Of a stretch of 64,000 nucleotides of DNA, positions 12,238 to 25,764 are shown one piece after another. The notes below the pieces were generated by a model. The model ran no database searches. It had not been told where the DNA came from and saw only the letters and a list, made by a program, of their open reading frames with translations. A program made the position numbers and the translations under genes. The DNA is from Takakia lepidozioides (lineage: Eukaryota > Plantae > Bryophyta), in NCBI GenBank assembly GCA_030704615.1, contig CM060733.1:15934001-15998000 (forward strand). Direction: 5' to 3'. Every line of letters starts with the position of its first letter. The stretch's first letter is position 1.

Positions 12238-12898
12238 CACTACAACTGCTCATTTTTCGTGCTTTCCTACTGTAGTGCAACCAACTAGCACAGAGGCAGC
12301 GGAGTTGGCCAAAGCAGTCCCGAGATGGTACAAGCACTCTGCGTCTTTCCACTAGCAGTCGTACCCATCACTGCCATTGCGTGGGGACGACGCCACGCGT
12401 CGACCCACACACTCTCCACGTGGTCCCCGTGGATTCGTCTACCGAAAGTTGTGCAGTTGACTTCGCCAGTGGCTGTTGCGACGTCACATGCAACACTCCA
12501 AGTGATGTGGCCGACTGCGATGTGGCGTCTTGGGCCCGTGGCCACGCGGCAGCATTGCCGCTCGTCGCGGCGCCGCCACATTGGCATCCACGTCCGCATC
12601 CACGTCCGCGTCCATGTGTCACCGCGCCCCGGGTGAGTCAGTCCACTCATCCGGAGGGAAAAGTCAAAGTCAGCCCAAAAGGTCAAACACACGGGCGGCC
12701 CGCCTGGTTACGCCACGTGGTTCTTCAGCATTAATCGCATTAATCGCTGAGCAGTTGTTCGCGCGTCTGCGTCCTTTACCACTTCAATCATTGGATGTCC
12801 AACCCAACTACCACGTCTGTTGTAACTAGTCTGTTGTAACTTCCAGTCGATCCCAGTTTTTTGACTTTTACGACTCAAAATGAGTCGTTACCCCAGTG
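12238..12898. mobile_element. Possible CACTA subterminal region and end
   Basis: Clustered CCACGT/GCCACGTGG motifs, an ACGACTCA..TGAGTCGT inverted pair, and a candidate end CCCCAGTG (rc CACTG) at 12898. Partner end not found. Confidence 0.3.
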
Positions 12899-14384
12899 GT
12901 AAATGACACGAATGCTTTTAGTGCCAGAACGCACCGCAGGGGTCACCATGGCGATTCACCTCCACCGGTGGCACCACGATCTTTGCCAACTCCACATCCT
13001 GTATCGCCAAGGCCATCCCACCCTCTCCCTTCTTTGTAGCCTCCTTCCCCTGCTCCTTTGTTACCCCACTGCCCTCCCCCGCATGCACACTCACCCCTTC
13101 CTCTCCATGGGACTTCTTTTTCTTCTTCTTCTTTTCCTTCCCCTTCTCCACGACCATCTCATTCCCCTTCCCCGCTACTTCCTCTCTCTCCTTCTCCTTC
13201 TCCCTTCTCTCTCTCTCCTCGGCAGCCCCTTCATTGATGGTAAAAGGGATCTCGGGAGATCGAGGCCTCTTCTTCTTACCTTTGGTATTCGGGTCCTTCA
13301 TGGACACCACGTGCTCTCGGCCCTCATTGGCAACCCCACTGGACTGCACCAATAAGGCCAGCCATGTTGCTACCTCCTGAAGACAAATAACCCCTCCAAA
13401 TTCAAAAAAAGAAACAAACAACAAAGAAAATCATGCATGCAAAGGAAAGGATAAGTCATGGAACAAGGTGCGACAGTTGTACCTTTGCAAGCTTGTCCGA
13501 CTTGCCCCTGGTGTCACCCAATGTGGGAGGAGTCCCCGTTGCCGGATGTGCCCGCTCTATCCCCTCCCGGAGCGCCACTGGAAGTAGACTCTAGATGTGG
13601 AGCATAGCCGGCGGCGGCGCCCCGTAGTCCAAGCCCTTCTTTGCTGACCGCTCAGGCTCAGGGGGCGGAGTCGCTGATCGGCTAGGCTGCTCCGAACCGG
13701 CCCATACCTCCTCCTCTCCCCCCCCCCCAAATGCGTATCAGGGTAGAAGCCCTCACCCGGCTTGACTTCTTCGAGGCGCTTCGCTATCTTGGCCACTTCA
13801 TTGGCCCTCCTCGTCTCCTCCTCCCTCATCGACAACAATGGGTTGGCAATGGAGGCTTTTCAAAGGCCCTTGAACCTGATGTTGGGCCTTGGCAAGTGCA
13901 GCCTTTGCTGCGGAGGAAGGGGTCGCTATGGGGGTGACATCCAAAAGGTGCCCATACCGGGCCCCCGAACGGGTGATGTGCTTGCCAAGGTACATTTCAC
14001 CCGTCTTGGTGGCCGGGGGTGTGCTCAACTGAGCATCCGGCTCAGCAACAACCTCCCGAATAGGAGAGCTGGCTGAGCCGCCCCTGGCGCATCCAAGATG
14101 TGGACAAGAGGGGGGTACTGGCCTCGGGGGGCAGACGAGCCCTCCGGCTGCGGCTGTCAACGGGGCTGGTTAGCCGTGAGACGCCTTGGCGCGTCACACG
14201 TGCCGGCAGAGCAAACGGATTGTCCGCCCCTTTCTTTGGGGCAGGGGACTTCTTCTCTTTCCCCATAAGCTGGCACCTGTCATGCAAACCCACAAGTTGG
14301 CCTCATTAGGAACATTCCAGATGAAAAACAAAAAAAACCAAGCATGTCGGGGGCTGAGAGCAGCAAGTGCTTGGGGTCTCAAGA

Positions 14385-14462
14385 GGGGGCAACAAAGAGA
14401 AAAGAAAAAGGTGTGGGGGGGGGAGTGACTGAGCACCACGAGCTCAGTCACTCCCCCCCCCC
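14385..14462. repeat. GC-rich hairpin G7AGTGACTGAGC..GCTCAGTCACTC7
   Basis: Inverted repeat read directly; second copy at 18420-18524. Confidence 0.85.
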
Positions 14463-14621
14463 ATTTTTATTTATTTTTTGGTTTCCTGATCTCTCCCTCT
14501 CTCTGTCCCTCTTTGTCCCTTTCTCCCTCTCCCTCTCTCTCCCTCTCTCCCTCCCTCTCTTTTTTGCTGTTCACAAAAGTAAACAAACCACAAGGGAGAG
14601 AGGGTGCAGAAAAAGTTAAAA

Positions 14622-15341
14622 GATTGTACTCATAAGACGTTGTTTGCCATAGCCTTGTGGCCATTGACCCCGCGCCCAGTTTGAGCGGAAACAAAAGGGA
14701 CAGAACCTGCCTCTATCAGGGGCTGACGTTGGTAGTAAGACTTACCTTCATATATAGAATTAATCTGGGTTTTCCAGATATCCTCTAGAAATCCCTTCAC
14801 ACAAGCATCAAACTGTTGTGTGTGATTTGCCCAAACACTAGGCCTCAGGAGGGCCTGGGCTTTTGGCTCAGCCTCGAGACTTTCAAAGTTGGTAAATAGG
14901 GGTACAGGCACAATTCCCTTCATAGATTTGAAGAGAGCGTCTCTTTGGTGAGAGAACCCCGGACAGTGTATCAGAAAATGAGTACTGTCTTCAGATTGCC
15001 CACACAACGGGCAATTGCACTCTCCCTTTCCTCTCTGCTTCTGTTTGCTGTTCGAAGGTAGGCTTCCTGCCCTGAGTTTAAATTTCAGTCTAGTGCCGAG
15101 AGTGGGTAGACCCTTGAGGTCATCCAAGATGTCCTCCCCCATGTCACAGACTGGAAACAAGTTCATGGAAGTTTTCTGCCTAACTTCATTTTCATCAGAC
15201 AATCTCATGGCAACAGACATGGCTTTGGACACTACAGCCTCTAAGTCAGATTTATCAACCCATATTGCAGATCCGTACTCCAAGGCAGGTCTAATAATGC
15301 GACAAAGCATGGTTTTCTTAACCTCAGAGTTGACCCCTCTA
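14622..15341 (-). mobile_element. 5'-truncated LINE with 15-bp TSD
   Basis: IIRPALEYGSAIW and CPLC..HFLIHC finger. TSD CAGAAAAAGTTAAAA at 14607-14621 and 15342-15356. Confidence 0.85.
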
Positions 15342-17925
15342 CAGAAAAAGTTAAAAAGAGAGAGGGAAGATATTCATGTCATGTCAAGACATGGACAACA
15401 CCAACTAGGGTCATTGCCAGTTAAAGACATAAACAGCCCCATGATAGGGCACCATCTAACATTTCCAGTCTTGTCATAACACACCAAGTGACGCCACCCA
15501 TTCAATCATGATAAAACAGGGTGGGAGGGCGGGGTATGTTCATAATCAGATTCCTGTCATGTACCCAAGTGACCCTTATGCACAATATAAGTCAGATTGC
15601 AGCCTCAAATTACATCATCCATAGTTATCCATAAGATATGCACCATGCAAGATATCATGGGCATATAAGAGTATCTTGCCACAATACAGATCCAAGATAT
15701 GTATACACAAGTACCTTGAGGTGATCCAAGACAAGCATTATGCAAAGTAGGTAAGAACAGTCTGCCTTGCAACACATTCAGTGAGTGTTCACACCGGTAG
15801 CAGGAAGGACCAGCCTGCAATTAATTACACTTCAGGCCTGCCACCAAGTACACTTCTTGGGCAAGGTAAGCCATATTACAGCTTCACATTTGGCCAAATG
15901 TAAGCACCCCAAAGCATGCATCATGCAAGGCCTTCTGGGTATGTAAGAATAGCATGAATCATACAATGCAGGTGGCTGTTCATATGGCAAAATAGAGTAA
16001 ATAATCATTGGCCAGAGTCCTTTAGAGCTTACCGTCACTGTTTCACAAGAGGCTAATGCCATGGTAGCAAATAGAACCTCACTATGCTCCATTCCACAAC
16101 AAAACCAGGTCTGAAAACGGCTGTCACTGCCTTATCAGGCTGTCTTCTTTAACAAAACTCAGGTCTCATCATCCTTAGAGCCAAACAACCACTTATGACT
16201 TGTCCCTTACACCATCAATCCTCTTTTAAGGCCAAAAGAAAGGGGAACCTAGTCTAAAAATCCACAGGCAAAGCTGTCAAAGATTCAAGACAAGGTAGGA
16301 TTCACATGCAGTGCCGCATGAGACTCGGCTGCCAGGCCAAAGTGGTCCATCAGCAGCAGCAAAAGATAAGTCAAAAGCAAGCACCACCATGTCAAACCGG
16401 GAGCAAGCGGGCTGAAATTGGGGCTGCAGGCAGCAGCAGTATGTTCCTTTTGCACACATCCTTATCTGCAAGCTCAAGAGAATTCAAAGTAGGTAGGGAT
16501 CCTCACCTGGTCCCATCACAAGCCCCCACAAAAACCAATGGGTTAGTGAGGATTGTGGAACCCCAGGTGAATCACAGACCCCTATACTTGTTATCGATGT
16601 CAACTAAGAACCCCAAAAACAAGAGAGAAAGATATGAAGTAAAAGGAACCCTAATCGCCAAAAGCACCTTGAGCGATTGGGGAAGGTAACACTGCGCCAT
16701 CGCCACCAACACGCCACCTCCAGCACAGCTAAGGAGAAACGAAGCATACAAATGCTAGGTCTAAGAAAGGAGAGGGAGCAATATACTTCCCCACCAAAGC
16801 GCCGCTGCGAAACATAAAAGCCAAAGGAGGGAAAGGGACGATGCCATCACAGCGGGTTCTCCCGCCTGTGAGAAGAGACAAGACGCCGCCATTGCGCATA
16901 CCCAGGAGCTCGTCCGGCATGAAGCAGCAGACAGGGTAGTAGCAGAGCTCAAACGCCAGAACTCGCGAGCTCAACAACACGAGCAATGCAGCTGACAGCG
17001 GGAGAGACACCCTAGGGAAGAGCCCGATTATTCATCCAGAGGATGAATAATCAATACCCTTTCTCTTAAGAACCCGACGGATGTCATCCGTTAGCTAGGT
17101 TTAAACAGTAGATTATAGGGTAGGAGTTCGGGTTTCACTCCTTAATTAGCAATAATTAAGGGTAATTAAAAAAATCTCCATGGCCATCATAAGCTGTTTT
17201 TTTCATCTGGTCCAGATGAAAAAATAAATAGGTTCATTTGTTTGGATGAGGTCCATCAGCAGGATGAAAAATTAGTATCCATCATCCAGGGCAGCGGTTT
17301 TTCAGCCTAACAGGTAATTCGTAATCCCTTAAGAGAAAGCCTCATCCAGTACGGAAAAATGAAAAACATCAAGGGGGAATAAAACGAATTCAAATCCTGG
17401 TATTTTTCATCCGGCATGGATGGAAAATTATAGATAGGATGCCAGTGTCATAACCCTTATGGAAGTAATTCCTCATTCTCTGGTGACTCATTTGATATAG
17501 ATGAAAGTCAATAAAAGAGGAATGAAAAATTATAGGTCCTTTTTAAAGGTACTTTAGTGTCCACCCAGGTGATTCTTCCGGTATGGATAGAAAACCTTTA
17601 CAAGTCGGGTGAAAACACCTTTTAGAGTCCATCTGGTACAGATGGAAAATCATGAAAAGAACACTGATGCAACCGGCTAGTTCCGAGGAGGGAGACAGAG
17701 GGAGAGAGGGGGCAACAATGAAAAAAAATGGGTTGGGGGGGGGGGAGGTCAGATGGTGGGGTCAGCTGCAGCATATGTCCAACACCAGATATCCTAAGTT
17801 AATCGACTCTATATCTTGGAAACAGGACCGCCCACCGACCTGTCAAACAGGCTAAGTCTTGAAAGAAGACAGTAGAAGAGATTCTCAAGGACCTGGACCT
17901 GGAACCGCAAGTCTTCACCCTGCTG

Positions 17926-18419
17926 GATAAATCTGACTTAGAGGCTGTAGTGTCCAACCATGTCTGTTGCCATGAGATTGTCTGATGAAAATGAAGTTAG
18001 GCAAAAAACTTCCCTGAACTGTTTCCAGTCTGTGACATGGGGGAGGACATCTTGGATGACCTCAAGGGTCTACCCACTCTCGGCACTAGACTGAAATTTA
18101 AACTCAGGGCAAGAAGCCTACCTTTGAACAGCAAACAGAAGCAGAGAGGAAAGGGAGAGTGCAATTGCCCGTTGTGTGGGCAATCTGAAGACAGTACTCA
18201 TTTTCTGATACACTGTCCGGGGTTCTCTCACCAAAGAGACGCTCTCTTCAAATCTATCAAGGGAATTTTTCATGTACCTCTGTTTACTAACTTTGAAAAA
18301 GTCGAGGCTGAGCCAAAAGCCCCGCCCCTTCTGAGGCCTAGTTTTTGGGCAACTCACACACAACAGATTGATGCTTGTGTGAAGGGATTTGTAGAGGATA
18401 TATGGAAAACCCGAATTAA
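17926..18419 (+). mobile_element. Second fragment of the same LINE family, inverted relative to 14622-15341
   Basis: Near-identical peptide MGEDILDDLKGLPTLGTRLKFKLR..CPLCGQSEDSTHFLIHC. Confidence 0.85.
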
Positions 18420-18524
18420 GGGGGCAACAAAGAAAAACAGAGAATGTGGGGGGGGGAGTGACTGAGCAGCAGCTGCTGCTCAGTCACTCCCCCCCCACCT
18501 TCTTTTCTTTTCTTTGTTGCCCCC
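18420..18524. repeat. ~105-bp near-perfect palindrome
   Basis: GGGGGCAACAAAG...GAGTGACTGAGCAGCAG|CTGCTGCTCAGTCACTC...CTTTGTTGCCCCC. Confidence 0.9.
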
Positions 18525-19999
18525 TGATGTCTCCCTCTCTCTCCCTCTGGACACTGGGCTTATGGAATTGTTGTCCCGGCTTCCATCCTTGAGGAAATTG
18601 AAAAAAATTGCAAAATTGGGTTGTTGGGAATTTTGGATGTTCTTTATCCAAAATAAATTTTTAAATTATAGTGAAATATTTCTTCACTTAAAAACCTGTG
18701 AGTTGCAAAACTCCCACCAGTTTCTACTTTTTCAATCCAACCTGGATGAAAAAATGACTTCATCTGACAAGACCTAAATACAGGGCAAGACAAGATTTTT
18801 TTAAAAAATCCCCCATGTTTTTCATCTAAACCTAGATGAAATACGGACTACATCCGTTGAGTGCAAGACAGGATGAAAGCACGATGTCTTTCATCTTCCA
18901 CGAATGAGAAACGGAGAACGTCCGTCGGGCGGACAGACTGGCGGATGTTTTTCATCCTGAGCCAGACAGGGGAAATCCCTGCGCAACCCTAATGTCTTTC
19001 TTTTTGCGTTGCGAGAGCGCGCGCGATGGCGGCTTTTGAGGAGCGATGGTGCTCGTGCTGCAGATACCCGAGCTGCCAATCCTTGAGTGTTTATGGCTCC
19101 TGTGAGCGACGCCTGGGCGGGCTCTTTATGGCGGTGGCTTAGAGATGAGGGAAGATTCCCTGTCTCAGTTGTTTGTTTTTTTGCTGCACAAGGGAACCGC
19201 GGCAGTGATGGCGGAGGCACCACCTGCATGCCTATGACGTTCCCTAGGAGCCCTCCTCTGGATCTTTGATGAATGGTGGCACAAGGAAGTCTCTCTCCCT
19301 CACTTTATAAACCCTACCTTTTGAGACCAAGTTTTTTTTCTTATGCTTGGCAAGACCTTGCTTTGGTTAAGGTAGTAGTGCTGTGGTGCTGGCGGAGTCC
19401 TCCCTGCACGGTTAGGCTTGTGGAGAGATGGTGACTCTTCCCCAAACAGTAAAAAAGGTTCTTTTTTCTGTTGATTTTGCTTCCTTGCTTCCTTTGGCAT
19501 TCTCTGCGCTTAGATTGAAGTGTATTTGACCTCAATACCAAGTGTGGAAGCCTGCTACTCACCTCGTGCATCCTCACTAACTCACAATGCGTTGTTGTTT
19601 TTGGGACGGGCACATGTGAGGGCTTCCACTTAATATTCTGATGTCTAGGTGCTGCTGGATGCCAAGTGGGATTGCAGAGCAGGGGAAGGAATCGTTTGCC
19701 AGGGACTCATCCTAAAATGTTGAAAAACTAAACTATTCTATGGTTTTTCTTGATCCTGCCTTTTTCCTTTCTTGATTTTTGAAGAACAAGTGTAATGCTT
19801 TCTACGATGGGCTAGTTCGGCCCAGCCAGTGGAAAACCTCTGTTATGTTGTGACAGTCGGGTTTATGATGGCTTGTGTGAGAGACACGCATCTGTTTTCC
19901 AGGCCCTAGTTTGCTTTGCTTACCTTATGGTAGTTGGAAACAAATTGAGAGGCTGCAAGGAACTGTTTGCTGCAGCTACTCGGGTAGCTGTCCAGAGGT

Positions 20000-21875
20000 C
20001 CATGGAAAGAGGTCATGGTGACATCGTCAAAGCTTGAATTGTACCAGATGTCATTCTGCAAACTGCTCTGGTGGACATGTATTCCAAATGTGGGTGCATT
20101 AAGGATGCAAAGGGAGTTTTCAACACTATGGCTGAATGAGATGTGGATGGACGCGATGCTTGCAGGGTATGCACAACAAGAACGTGGTATGGAGGCTTTG
20201 GAGACTTATGAACAAATGATGGGAGAAGGGGTGAAGCCCGACCACATCACGTTTGGGTGCCTTTGCAATGCGTGTGCAAGCCTGGCAGCTCTGGAAAGGG
20301 GCAAAGAGGTCCATGGCGACATCTTCAGAGCTGGAATTGTACCAGATTTCATTCTGAACAATACCCTGATGGACATGTTTGCAAAATGTGGGTGCATCTA
20401 GGACGCAATGGGAGTGTTCAACACTATGGCTGAACAAGATGTGGCGTCGTGCAAGCCTGGCCGCCCTAGAGAAGGGCAAAGAGGTGCATGGGGATATCGT
20501 CAAAGCTGGAATTGTACCAAATGTCATTCTAAACACTGCCCTGGCAGCTCTGGGAAAAGGGAAAGAGGTCCATGGCGACATCTTCAGAGCTATAATTGTT
20601 CCAGCTGTCATTCTAAACAATACCCTAGTGGACATGTTTGCAAAATGTGGGTGCATCTAGGATGCAAAGGGAGTGTTCGACACTATGGCTGAACGAGGTG
20701 TGGTGTCATGGAGTGCAATGCTTACAGGGTATGCACAGCAGGGACGTGGGATGGAGGCTTTGGAGACCTATGAGCAAATGATGTGCGACGGGGTGAAGCC
20801 CGACCACATCACGTTTGTGTGCGTTTGCAAGCCTGGCAGCCCTGGAAAAGGGTGAAGAGGTGCATGGCGACATCTTCAGAGCTGGAATTGTACCACATGT
20901 GATCCTGAACTCTGCCCTGGTGGACATGTATGCCAAATGTGGGTGCATGGAGGATGCAAAGGGAGTGTTCGACAATATGGCTGAATGAGATGTGGTGTCG
21001 TGGAATGCAATGACTGCAGGATATGCACAGCATGGTTGTCATAAGGAGGTCCTGCAACAATTTGAAGGAATGCAAAAGAACGGCTTGAAGCAGTATGTGT
21101 TCTCTCTGCATGCAGCCACACTGGCCTTCTGAATGAAGGTAGACGCTACTTTGATTCCCTGATTCAAAATCATGGTATCACTCCGACAATATAGCACTTT
21201 GGCTGCATGGTGGACCTTTTTGGACGTGCGGGACAACTGGATGAGGCAGTGGACCTGATTAATAAAATGCCAATCAATCCAGATGTTGTGGTGTGGAAGG
21301 CCTTGTTTAGTGCCTGCAGAATCCATGACAATGTAGAGATGGCTCAACATGTAGCAACATCTATCTTCAAGTGGAATGAACAGGATGCCGCGACTTATAT
21401 TGCTATCAAACATCTATGCTGCAGCTGGCAGGTGGATTGATACTGTAAAGGTGAGAAGAATGATGAAGGTCAGAGGGATTGAAAAGGAGGTTTGCAACAG
21501 GGTGCACACCTTCCTTGTAGATGACAAGTTGCATCCCAGAATTAAAGAAATCCATGCTGAGCTGAGAAGATTGTCTGGGAAGATGAAGGAGGCGGGGTAT
21601 GTGCCTGACACGCGCTTTGTATTGCATGATGTGGGGAGGAGGAAAAGGAATTTTCTCTTTGCCACCACGGTGAGAAGCTGGCCATTGGTTTTGGGCTGAT
21701 CAGCATGACCCCTAGGACGCCTCTCCGTCTCATCAAGAATCTTCGAGTGTGTGGTGACTGCCACACCTCCACCAAATTCATCTCAAAGATTGTTGGCCGA
21801 GCAATTGTTGTACCGGACGCTAACCGCTTTCACCACTTTGAAGATGGGATTTGTTCTTGTGGTGATTACTGGTGA
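20000..21875 (+). pseudogene. PLS-class PPR protein with E/E+/DYW domains (organellar C-to-U editing factor), pseudogene
   Basis: Repeats LMDMFAKCG, WSAMLTGYAQQG, GVKPDHITF. E/E+ region [50 protein letters not shown] (stop 21873-21875). In-frame stops (20399, 20658, ~20986, ~21192) and frameshifts. Confidence 0.92.
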
Positions 21876-24800
21876 AAAGATGTCTTCTTGGAAAGATGCG
21901 AGTGTCTTGCTTCATTCATTGATCTGTGACTTAGCTACTCACACCATCCACCATTTCCCGAAAGTATTGACCATGATGTACTGTTGAGTGCATTTCCTGT
22001 GCCATAAATCCACAGGAAATGATAGTGGGGTCTACGCGGCATAGGTGGGAAGTCAGCCCATAATTGCACTTAACTGAAGGGGTGATTTTTGACTGATTCT
22101 GGTGACAGTGGATGGAAATCAGAGTGTTGTCCTAATTCTGGGTTTGGGTGGTGGAGCTTCTCCAAAGCTTCAAGATGGAAGTGAATACGAATTTTAATTA
22201 GCTTGATGAGAGGGGCAGCCCTGTGCACAAGTTTGTTCAACATCTTAAATTTGGACATGTTTGTTTGTTTCTTGTGGTGTGGCTTTGGATGGAGCCCTTG
22301 ATGAACTTGCATGAATATTGTCAAAAACTAGCCTTAACCCACCAAGATCCAATCCCATGGTGGATGCTTGAAAGTTCATACAGTGAATGTAAGGGTATTT
22401 GGGTATGTTGTTATTGATTGATGCGGCTTGTGAAAATTGAATGTTGAAATGCAGATCCGCCATTTTTCTTCCAGAAAAAAACGAAACACGGGATCTCTGC
22501 ATGTAACACCGTGGGGATGACCCAGCCCTTTTTTTGTGAAAAATTGAACATAGTTCTCAGAATTCATCGCTAGTAGTGCGGAGCAACGCGAAGCCATAGT
22601 ATATATATTGTAGTGCACAACCATTTTCAATAATTAGCATGGACTTGGTGGTATAGAGCATTGATTTACAATCGTGAAGGTTCTGGGTTCGAACTTTTGC
22701 TACTGGCTTTTGCAGAAAGTAGTGCCTTTATGAAAAAGGTGGCGACGGAGGAGGATGATAAGGTGGCCACGGAGGTGGATGAAATATAAAAGGGTGGCAG
22801 AATGACCCAAAAACAAACGAAACTGACTGTTTTTCATTCAATTTTGGATGAAAGGACACAAGTCGTAAAGGAAAAAAAAAAAAAAAAAAAAAAAACCCAG
22901 TTTGTATACGAAAGTTTGTCACATCATGCTGTGTGGTTAGACCACTTATCCCAAAGATGCTAATGATGAGGTGTTGGGTTCAAATATTTTTAGCACACCT
23001 AAACTATTGTTTTAGGTCTTATATGGTTAGGGTTGTTAGGGTTGAAACTCTCTTTCATTCTCTTCTTCGTTTATGACTTCTACGGCGTGCGGCGCACTTA
23101 GAGTCAGCTCGAACACCTTCAACATCTGCCGCTTTGGTCTGCTGCAGCGACGACGATGTGTCTCCCTTCCTCTGCCACATTCATAACTACTCCCCATCAA
23201 AGAAGAACACAAGAAGAGCACGACTCCACAGTATAAAGGTGCACTTCTCTTTCTCTCAACCTCACTTGTTTTCTTCTTGTTCTCCCTCTTCCTTCATTCT
23301 CAGCTACCAGGTCTCTTTAAGTTTGAAGCTATGGCAGGTTCAGTGAAGCGAGAACGCCCTCTGCTGTGTACGACCTAGATCTTACAGTCCGAGATGCAGC
23401 TTTTGAGGGTCTTATACTGAGTAGGTAGAGAGAGAGAAAAAAAAAACTCTGGCCGAAGCCGGCGTAACTAAGAGCCACTTCGCCTTGCGGCTACTGCCCC
23501 CTTTCGGGGGAGGGCCCTATAAAGGAAGGGTGAGGTTTACTATTTCATGAGCAGAAACCATGAGCCATGAGCCATGAGCCGCATGAGCCGCATGAGCGGT
23601 GAGCCGAAGTCTAAGATACGCGGATTTCATGAGCGGACTCCTCCAAATTTGGAAATGCGGCAGATTAAACAAGTATTAAAATAATAGTTTTTTTATTTGA
23701 CCTTGCCGTTTTTGGACGTTCCAGATCATGTAATGCGGCGAAGATATGTCGTCAGTAACAAGTCCGCTCATGGTTTTATAGATCCGCTCATGGAAATAAG
23801 TGACCGTGCAACGGGAAATCCAGTATACCACTGCAAAAGGACGTCGCATACTGGCCTGTATAGAGTATTCCGCGGTTTTACATGCCTTAACATTGGAATG
23901 AAGCTGACCCTTTTGCCGCGATTGAACCAATGGAGTCTGCACCAATACAGTCTGCAGTACTTCACAATTCTGTCTTCTTCGGGTATTCGGCGGGAAAGGT
24001 TTGCAACTGAACTGGGAAATAGGGTGCCGCATTAGGGTTCGCACGTGCGAAATTTCGGACCGGGTTGGTGTTGGCGAAGGCCGCCTCTGGGGGTACCTAC
24101 GACGATACTTGGAAATTCGGCGCCGCATTTCCTTGTCGGAGGTCGAATGAGGAGAGCAAGTTTTCGGAAAGCAGAAAAACATGAACCCTCCAACATACAA
24201 AAATACATGCACGTGGAAACAAGTGAACGATATATTAATATCTTAGTTCGATCAAAACAGGTTACTGGTAGGCAAGACATATGTCGGACCTTTGTGTGGC
24301 CAGAGTCTGAGGTACTGGCAGCAGTAGGATTGCAGGGTCCGGGTCGAAACATGTAGGGCCTACACTTCCTGCCAGGAAGAATGTCCCGTTCTTTGCGAGG
24401 GCCGACTTCATGACGAGCCCGGTGAGGGACTACTCCCTTCCTAGTTATGCAGCTAAACTCGCAAATACAGCGATTAGAAGAAGTGAGAATCCCAGTAAAG
24501 TAGAGCAGATTTTGGAGAGGGCTAGGGAGGACAGAAGGATAAGGAAAGAGTTGGCAGCAGCTCAGACAGGTAGACGAGTACGAAAGTACATATGTGATTC
24601 AGCGGATGAGAGCGACGCAGACAGGGAGGAGGACGACCCAACGGAGGTGAGATGGACAGTTCCGCAAGGGGAAGATGGGATTTTCGAAAGCCTGGCCAAC
24701 GAGCAGTCCGCTGGAGATGAGAGAGGCACTGAGGGGGTGGAGGAGGAGCAGGACAGTCTAGAACAGGATGAGGATTCCGATGATTTTCAAGATTAATAGA

Positions 24801-24984
24801 ATTTTAATGAAGTCTCTGTAAATGTAAATTCTCTTCCAGAGTATATAAAGAAAATTCTGCCCGACATTCGTGACCCCTCTCCAGTGTGCATTCCAGCCAC
24901 ACAATCGCCCAAACCAGGACGCTCCCAAAATCAGAAATGGGTCAGGGCATTTCCAAAATTTTGGCAACTCTAAGAACCTCTTTT

Positions 24985-25764
24985 GGAAATGCGGCACCGC
25001 ATTTCCAAAACAGGGGAGGGACTAATTTATCCATTTCAATGTTGGCATAGTAAAAAGTAATCTGAATTGGGAATGCGGTGCCGCATTTCCAAAATTTCCT
25101 TTGTCCACACGCCAGTTTTGGCCTCTCCCGCTCATTGCATGGATGCCACCACGCTTACAGAGGTCGAACAAGGAGGTCGAACAAGGAGGCCGACATGGCG
25201 GGATTGGAAATGCGGTGCCGCATTTCCATATTGGGGATGGTGGTTGTTCGAACTGCAGACCCATCAGCAAAAACTGGCACCGCATTCCATTGTAAAAAAA
25301 AAATCGATGACGGACATGGAAATGCGGCGCCGCATTTCCAGAACGGACATCGCAATTTGTCAATTTGCAGACCCTCTCTCGGAAATGCGGTAACGCATTC
25401 CATCGCGCTGGTCGGAAATAGGTGCACTTTTCGAAGTGTTGGACGGAAATGCGGCACCGCATTCCCTTGTCCAAAAAGAAGTTTCCATTGCCAATCTGGA
25501 AATGCGTCGCCGCATTTGCAATGCCAACCTCGTTTTCTGATCAATTTATAGACCCGAGTTGGTATTTCGTGTACCTGGACGGAAATGATCCACCGCATTT
25601 TCTTGTCCGACATGGAAATGCGGTGCCGCATTTCGATGTCCGACATGGAAATGCGGCGCCGCATTTCGATGCGGACATGGAAATGCGGCGCCGCATTTCG
25701 ATGCGGACATGGAAATGCGGCGCCGCATTTCCATGCCGACATGGAAATGCGGTGCCGCATTTCA
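24985..25764. repeat. Second cluster of the same palindrome, including a 32-33-bp tandem run
   Basis: Unit starts 24985,25069,25206,25318,25381,25445,25498,25581,25614,25647,25679,25711,25743. Confidence 0.9.

Noticed and set aside
12903-14330. Protein-coding gene in low-complexity Lys/Glu-rich ORFs
   Set aside because: No recognisable motif and fragmented frames; cannot support a call.
22637-22990. tRNA gene or SINE (GGTTCGAAC B-box-like; second GGTTCAAAT near 22980)
   Set aside because: No convincing cloverleaf, TSD or tail; at most a decayed tRNA-derived repeat.
24320-24335. Copy-2 deletion as an RNA-splicing product, since the breakpoint coincides with a splice acceptor
   Set aside because: The junction keeps GTAG and is not a clean donor-acceptor join.
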